Assembly: GCA_963771155.1 (NCBI GenBank)
Contig: CAVYSK010000007.1
Span: 249,404-313,403, forward strand
Direction: 5' to 3'
DNA from: an uncultured Chloroflexia bacterium
GTDB taxonomy: Bacteria; Chloroflexota; Limnocylindria; QHBO01
DNA length: 64,000 nucleotides
Under the pieces are notes generated by a model. It saw nothing but the letters and a program-made list of their open reading frames with translations. It ran no database searches and was not told where the DNA came from. A program made the translations under genes and the position numbers. This document shows, piece by piece, positions 58,784-64,000 of this stretch (position 1 is its first letter; every line of letters begins with the position of its first letter).

Positions 58784-60415
58784 ATGCCGTCCTTCGACGA
58801 GCTGACCACCGAGTTCCTCGACGCCGAGTTCGCCGAGTCGCCGGTCCGTGCAAGCAGCCTGGGGCTGACCGAGTACGACGACCGGCTCGACGACCTCTCC
58901 GAGGCCGCGTTCGAGCGGCGCCGCTCGGCCGACACGACGTGGCTAGGTCGGTTCCGCGCGGTGACCGATGACGAGCTCGGGTTCGACGAGCAGATCGACC
59001 GAGACCTGGTGATCAGCATCCTGCGCGGTCGCGAGATCGTCGGGGACTGGGAGGTCTGGCGCCGCCAGCCGGACACCTACCTCAATCCCGGGATGACCGG
59101 GATCTTCGGCCTCTTCCTACATCAACTGCGGCCGATGGAGGGCCTCGTCGATGCGGCGGTGGCGCGCATGGACCTGATTCCCGGGAACCTGGAGGACGGG
59201 AAGCGGAACCTGCGGCCGGAGATGGTCCCGGAGATCTTCCTGGACCGCGCGGCGAACCAGGCGCGCGCCGGCGCCCGCTACGTTCGCGAGATCCTGCCGT
59301 CCCAGATCGACGACGGTGGCCTGCGCGCGCGGCTGGCGGAGGCGGGCGAAGCGGCAGGCTCGGCCTACGACGACTACGTCGCCTTCCTCGAGGCGATGCG
59401 GCCGAACGCGACCGGCGAGTGGGCGCTGGGGGAGGAGCGGTACAGCGCGCTGCTGCGCGAGAAGGAGCTGCTGGGCTTCGACGCGCGCGAGCTTCGCGAG
59501 CGCGGGCGAGCCGCCTACGAGGAGCTCGCCGTGGAGCTGACGCGCTGCGCGCGCGAGCTGCGTGGGACCGAAGATTGGAAGGCGGTGCTCGACGACCTCA
59601 ACGAGGACCATCCCCGCACACCCGAGGACATGCGCGTCGGCTACGAGGAGTGGACCGAGCGCGCGCGGGCGTACCTGCGTGAGCATCGGCTGGTGAGCTT
59701 CCCGGAAGGGGAGGAGTGCCACGTCGTGCCCTCACCGCCCTTCCAGCGGCCGGTCCTGGCCGTCGCCTCGTACATGCCGCCGCCCGCCTTCAGCGACCGC
59801 ATGCTCGGCCACTTCTTCGTTCCGTTCCCGCCGGATGGCGCGTCCGAGGACGAGGTCCAGAAGCGGCTGGCCTCCAACTCCTACCCGGGCATCCCGACCA
59901 CCGCCGTCCACGAGGCGTACCCTGGCCACCACTGGCACCTGGTGATGTCGAAGGCCAACCCGTCACGGGTGCGCCAGGTGTTCCGCACGCCCTACTTCAG
60001 CGAGGGCTGGGCGCTGTACGCCGAACGGATGATGCGGGAGCAGGGCTTCTTCACCGACCTGCGCCACGAGATGAACCAGTACGAGGCCACGATCTTCCGG
60101 GCCGCGCGGATCGTCGTGGACACGAGCCTCCACCTCGGGGAGATGAGCTGGGACGAGGCGGTCGAGTTCATGACGGCACGCACCGGCCTCACCGAGCCGA
60201 CCGCGAAGGCGGAGGTGACCCGCTACTGCGCGTGGCCAACCCAGGCCTCGTCGTACCTCACCGGCTGCCTGGAGATCCTTCGCATCCGTGAGGCGTTCTT
60301 CGCCGCCCACGGAGCGTCGGACACCGATGCGCTGCGCGCCTTCCACGACGGGATCACCACCAGCGGCGGCCTGCCGATCGCCCTCGCGGAACGAGCTGTG
60401 CTCGCCACCGCCTGA
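58784..60415 (+). CDS. DUF885 family protein
   Basis: 543 aa with HEAYPGHHWH (the conserved HExxGHH of DUF885). Confidence 0.65.
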   Translation: MPSFDELTTEFLDAEFAESPVRASSLGLTEYDDRLDDLSEAAFERRRSADTTWLGRFRAVTDDELGFDEQIDRDLVISILRGREIVGDWEVWRRQPDTYLNPGMTGIFGLFLHQLRPMEGLVDAAVARMDLIPGNLEDGKRNLRPEMVPEIFLDRAANQARAGARYVREILPSQIDDGGLRARLAEAGEAAGSAYDDYVAFLEAMRPNATGEWALGEERYSALLREKELLGFDARELRERGRAAYEELAVELTRCARELRGTEDWKAVLDDLNEDHPRTPEDMRVGYEEWTERARAYLREHRLVSFPEGEECHVVPSPPFQRPVLAVASYMPPPAFSDRMLGHFFVPFPPDGASEDEVQKRLASNSYPGIPTTAVHEAYPGHHWHLVMSKANPSRVRQVFRTPYFSEGWALYAERMMREQGFFTDLRHEMNQYEATIFRAARIVVDTSLHLGEMSWDEAVEFMTARTGLTEPTAKAEVTRYCAWPTQASSYLTGCLEILRIREAFFAAHGASDTDALRAFHDGITTSGGLPIALAERAVLATA

Positions 60416-60418
60416 GCC

Positions 60419-61246
60419 ATGCCGCTGTTCAGCAGTTCGGATCGCGAGTCGACGCTGCGCCGAGTCGTCAGGCTGTTCGAGGCGGATCCGCGTATCGAGG
60501 CCGCCGTCATCACCGGGTCGCTCGGTGCCGACACCGCCGACCGCTGGTCCGACGTCGACCTGGGCGCCATCGTGGTTGATGGGGCCGGCTGCGAAACCGT
60601 CGCCGCCGACTGGGTGGATCGGGTCTACCGCGAGCTCCCGGTCGTCCATCACTACGAGACGGCCTTCGGCACGACGCTCGTCCGCGGGTTCCTGTTGACC
60701 AACGCGCTGCTCGTCGACCTGGCCTTCACGCCGAGCGTCGACTTCAGCGTGTGGGCCCCGGTCCGCATCGCCTTCGACCGTCGGGGCGCGGCGACCGCCG
60801 CGGCGGATCGGCCGGTGTCCTGGGCGCCGACGCCCGACTGGCGAGGTGAGGCGGGCTTCGGATTCCACGACGTCCTGCACGCGTGGTCTGCCGCGCAGCG
60901 CCGCAAGCCGTGGGAGTCGCTCTACTACCTGCAGCGGGTGCGCAATCGGACGCTTGCCCTCGCCTCCGAACGGCACGGCCACGACGCCGAGGAGTTCAGG
61001 CACGTCGACGAGCTGCCCGCGGAGGAACGGGATTCGCTGCTGAACAGCCTCGCCGGCGACCTGGATCGCGCGACGCTGATCGGCGCGATCGGCGTGGCCA
61101 CTCGTGCGTTCCTGGCTGAGCTGCGCCGAGGAGATTCGGCGCTGGCGGCCCGCCTCGAGGTACCGCTGGAGGCACTCCTGGCGTCGTCGCCCGACGATGT
61201 TCAGGGAGTCGGGGAGGACCCGCCTACCGCACGAGCCGATCGGTGA
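60419..61246 (+). CDS. nucleotidyltransferase domain protein (aminoglycoside-nucleotidyltransferase-like fold)
   Basis: AVITGSLGADTADRWSDVDLGAIV (GS...DxD). Confidence 0.6.
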   Translation: MPLFSSSDRESTLRRVVRLFEADPRIEAAVITGSLGADTADRWSDVDLGAIVVDGAGCETVAADWVDRVYRELPVVHHYETAFGTTLVRGFLLTNALLVDLAFTPSVDFSVWAPVRIAFDRRGAATAAADRPVSWAPTPDWRGEAGFGFHDVLHAWSAAQRRKPWESLYYLQRVRNRTLALASERHGHDAEEFRHVDELPAEERDSLLNSLAGDLDRATLIGAIGVATRAFLAELRRGDSALAARLEVPLEALLASSPDDVQGVGEDPPTARADR

Positions 61247-62798
61247 TCTCGAACATCTCGTAGAACCGGTACAGGTCGAAATGCGACCAGGTCCGGTCGG
61301 GCAGCAGGGGCAGTTCGGTCCCGAAGCGGGCGTTCAAGATGATCCGGAACGCGTTCACCGGGGTGAGCCTGTCGTGGAAGCCCTCGGCCTCGAGATCGGC
61401 GCCAGGCACCCGCATGGCGTAGAGGATCCCGAACTTCTCCTCGAGCTCCGCATCGGTCGCATCCTCCCACTCGAAGCCCCATTCATCGTCCGCGTAGTGC
61501 GCGGGGAACGGGCCCTCGTCGGATTGGAGCAGGATCACCGCGTTCGGATCTGACACGAGGATGCGGTCGATGAGCGACAACAAGCGGGTGTTGGCATACG
61601 TCAGCTGGCGTCGGTAGCTCTCCGCATCACCCAGCCGCCTGACCTGGGCGCGGCCGGTGAAGGAGCCATCCTCGTTGTGCACGTATGGGGGATGGGTCGT
61701 GACCAGATGCGCAAAGACGTATTTGGGGCCGGGCAGATCGGGGATCTCGTCGAGACGGTCCAGCGCGTAAAGGTTGTTCTCGTACATGACCGGCCAGGAC
61801 CACGGGTCCTCTGGGGCGGTATTCGGATCGCTGAACGCACGCAGGAGGGTGGTCTGCGCAAACACGGACGAGAACTCGTCCTGGCCCTCGTAGCGGAACA
61901 CGCGGTCGGCGTCCACGTTGTCCTGCGTCGGCGTCCACCAGTTCGCGACCTGCAGGTACTGGTACCCCAGCTCCTTCAGCGCGGCCGGCACGACCAGGTG
62001 ATCCTGCAACATGCGATGGATCGGCTCGCGATCCCTGTCGCTCTCGGCCTGCGCCGCGAGCTCCTCGGTGTCCAGGTACTCCATGTTCAGGGAGCTCACG
62101 AGCGAGAGCGGGGTTTTGATGTAGTTCGCGTGCGCATGGCGTGCGACGTTGAACCCACGGTCCTCGAGTGCGGTCAGAAACGGCTCGTTGTCGAAGTCAT
62201 AGGCCTCGCTGAGGCCGGTCGAACCGCCATAACGGTCCGGGACGATGTAGTACACATCCGGCAGGTCGGCCGGGTCATCCGGCCGCAGCTCGAGCTCGCT
62301 CAGCTCGGCGGGCGCCGTGTCCGTGCCGCCGAAGGCGACCATCGTGCTGCCCACGCTCCAGACGTTGGCCGCGACCAGCACGAGCGCCACCAGGTTCAGC
62401 GCCCGCGTCACCGGCACGAGCGCTGCGCGGCCGGCCCTCCAGGCAACGAGCAACCCGATGACGACCAGCAGCAGCCAGGCCGCGATCAGCGGCCACTGCG
62501 TGTCGAGCAGCTGCGTCGCCGCGTTCCAGGCGTGGCCGTAGCCGAAGAAGCCGATGACCAGCACGGTGGTGAGCAGCCCGGCTCGCTGCCAGTCGCCCAG
62601 AAGGAAGCCGAGGATCACCAGCGTCGCGGTTGCCGCCCCGACCGAAATCAGCAGCGGGATCCACAGCGGCTGCGGGGTGATCTGGTCCGCAGCGTTTGTG
62701 GCGAAGAGGAAGAGCGCTGGGTACGCGGCAGCAAGCACGGGATGCAGCGGGAGGCTGCTGGGGTCGAATTGGCGTGCGCCTGCACGGGCGGTTAACAT
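61224..62798 (-). CDS. membrane-anchored sulfatase/alkaline-phosphatase-superfamily protein (LtaS-like)
   Basis: Five N-terminal TM segments, then an extracytoplasmic domain (YYIVPDRYGG...LQSDEGP). Family assignment is tentative. Confidence 0.4.
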   Translation of the reverse strand: MLTARAGARQFDPSSLPLHPVLAAAYPALFLFATNAADQITPQPLWIPLLISVGAATATLVILGFLLGDWQRAGLLTTVLVIGFFGYGHAWNAATQLLDTQWPLIAAWLLLVVIGLLVAWRAGRAALVPVTRALNLVALVLVAANVWSVGSTMVAFGGTDTAPAELSELELRPDDPADLPDVYYIVPDRYGGSTGLSEAYDFDNEPFLTALEDRGFNVARHAHANYIKTPLSLVSSLNMEYLDTEELAAQAESDRDREPIHRMLQDHLVVPAALKELGYQYLQVANWWTPTQDNVDADRVFRYEGQDEFSSVFAQTTLLRAFSDPNTAPEDPWSWPVMYENNLYALDRLDEIPDLPGPKYVFAHLVTTHPPYVHNEDGSFTGRAQVRRLGDAESYRRQLTYANTRLLSLIDRILVSDPNAVILLQSDEGPFPAHYADDEWGFEWEDATDAELEEKFGILYAMRVPGADLEAEGFHDRLTPVNAFRIILNARFGTELPLLPDRTWSHFDLYRFYEMFEITDRLVR

Positions 62799-62828
62799 CG
62801 CGCTAACAGTATCCGAGGCATCGAGTCC

Positions 62829-63008
62829 ATGCCATTTGCCTATATCGATCCCGGCTCAGGCACGTTGCTGCTCCAGGTGATCCTGGCGGGCGCGCTGGCC
62901 GTACCGTTCTTCTTCCGCCGGGTCATCGCGGACGGTTGGCGGCGCATTCGAGGCGAGCAGGCTCCGGCGCCCACCAATAGCTCTACCCCGCCCGAGCGCG
63001 AGGACTAG
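62829..63008 (+). CDS. putative small membrane protein (59 aa)
   Basis: MPFAYIDPGSGTLLLQVILAGALAVPFFFRRVIADGWRRIRGEQAPAPTNSSTPPEREDstop. It is below the track threshold and I see no RBS. Confidence 0.2.
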   Translation: MPFAYIDPGSGTLLLQVILAGALAVPFFFRRVIADGWRRIRGEQAPAPTNSSTPPERED

Positions 63009-63014
63009 CCCTTT

Positions 63015-64000
63015 TTAGGCCGCTTCGACGCCCGCTCCCTCGACCGAGCGGCGCAGCAGCTCGGCGGCCCACTCCTGGTCGACGTCGAGGACGAAGTTCT
63101 CGGCCCGACCCGGAGCAATGAATCCCCCCGTCACGTTCCCGAGCGCAGCGGTGCTCGGGATGTGGCGTCGGACCATCTCCGTGGTGCCGGCATCGGCGAA
63201 GAGCGCCCGAAGCTCGGCAGCCGCGGCTTCGGCTGACGGCCGGTCCAGGGCGGCGACGATGAGGCTGGCCCGATCCGGCCGCGCTTCCGCCACTGCCAGC
63301 AACAACTCCGGCAACGTGAGGCTGCAGGCGATGCCGTGCGGCAGGCCCAGCTCGGCGGTGAGCGGGTACGAGATCGAGTGGGCGAGCGCAGTGCGGGTGC
63401 TGCTGATCGCTAGGCCGGCAAGGAGCGCGCCCTTCAGGAGCGCCTCGCGCGCTCCAGTGTCATCCGGAGTGGCCAGGACAGCTCGGAGTGCGCCGGGGAT
63501 GAGGCCGATGGCTGCCGTCGCGAGCGCGTCGGAGACCGGGTTCGAGGCGCGATTCCAGATCGCCTCCATCGCATGCGAGGCGGCGTCGAGGGCCGACGCG
63601 ACGGTGGTTTCGCGCGGGACGCTCACGGTCAGTCCGGGGTCAAGGAGCGCCATTTCCGGGTAGAGCGCAGGATGCGAGATCGAGTGCTTCCCGGCGTTCT
63701 GCTCGTCCCAGATCGTTCCCCACATCGTCACCTCGCTGCCGGTGCCGGCGGTGGTCGGGATGGCGACGATGGATGGGGGCGCGAACCCGGGCGCGAACGG
63801 CTCCCCATCCCGCAGATGGCGCGCCAGCCAGCTGTGTGAGGAAGCGTGGGCGCGCTGCGCGGCGACTGCCTTGGCAGTGTCGATCGTGCTGCCGCCCCCG
63901 ACAGCTACCAGCACCTCCGCGTCGCTGTCTGCGAGCGCATCCGCTGCCCGGGTGGACGAGGCGACGGTCGGGTTGGGCTCGACGCCGGTGAAGACCGCGG
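63015..64000 (-). CDS. iron-containing alcohol dehydrogenase family protein, 5' end outside the window
   Basis: ...LVAVGGGSTIDTAKAVAA...ALAHSISYPLTAELGLPHGIACSLTLP (Fe-ADH His motifs). It ends at 63015. Confidence 0.75.
   Translation of the reverse strand, partial: AVFTGVEPNPTVASSTRAADALADSDAEVLVAVGGGSTIDTAKAVAAQRAHASSHSWLARHLRDGEPFAPGFAPPSIVAIPTTAGTGSEVTMWGTIWDEQNAGKHSISHPALYPEMALLDPGLTVSVPRETTVASALDAASHAMEAIWNRASNPVSDALATAAIGLIPGALRAVLATPDDTGAREALLKGALLAGLAISSTRTALAHSISYPLTAELGLPHGIACSLTLPELLLAVAEARPDRASLIVAALDRPSAEAAAAELRALFADAGTTEMVRRHIPSTAALGNVTGGFIAPGRAENFVLDVDQEWAAELLRRSVEGAGVEAA

Noticed and set aside
1-64000. Mobile elements, prophage genes, CRISPR arrays, rRNA/tRNA genes.
   Set aside because: I saw no integrase, transposase or phage structural signatures in any frame and no repeat-spacer periodicity. 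Intergenic space is small (the largest gaps are about 190 bp). I saw no obvious tRNA T-arm consensus, although a tRNA scan was not possible by eye.

Overview
This is a very GC-rich (about 70%), densely coding chromosomal segment with an Actinobacteria-like gene set. It carries an F420 biosynthesis cluster (cofD-cofC-cofE) with F420-dependent luciferase-like monooxygenase (LLM)/PPOX enzymes, a Ser/Thr kinase, a MarP-type protease, and lipoproteins with lipobox signal peptides. Gene content is mostly metabolism and transport: four ABC exporter pairs, NCS1/SulP/MFS/DMT/Kef/CPA transporters, pntAA-AB-B transhydrogenase, hom-asd, hutI, and dispersed genes of reductive pyrimidine catabolism. I found no transposase, integrase, CRISPR array, rRNA or obvious tRNA. 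Noteworthy signals are: (i) a cAMP-type sensory module, in which a class III cyclase/ATPase/TPR regulator sits next to a cNMP-binding histidine kinase and a response regulator fused to a cysteine-free thioredoxin-reductase-like flavoprotein; (ii) an exact 17-bp AT-rich near-palindrome, GTATATACGGTATATAC, present twice and bracketing the F420 island; (iii) unusual fusions (MarR with a beta-rich C-terminal domain, and a nucleotidyltransferase with a VOC domain) translationally coupled to housekeeping genes; (iv) at least 12 reading-frame breaks in otherwise conserved genes, mostly in G/C runs, which indicate either indel-prone assembly or pseudogenes. Coordinates of starts that I derived myself may be off by 1-2 nt.
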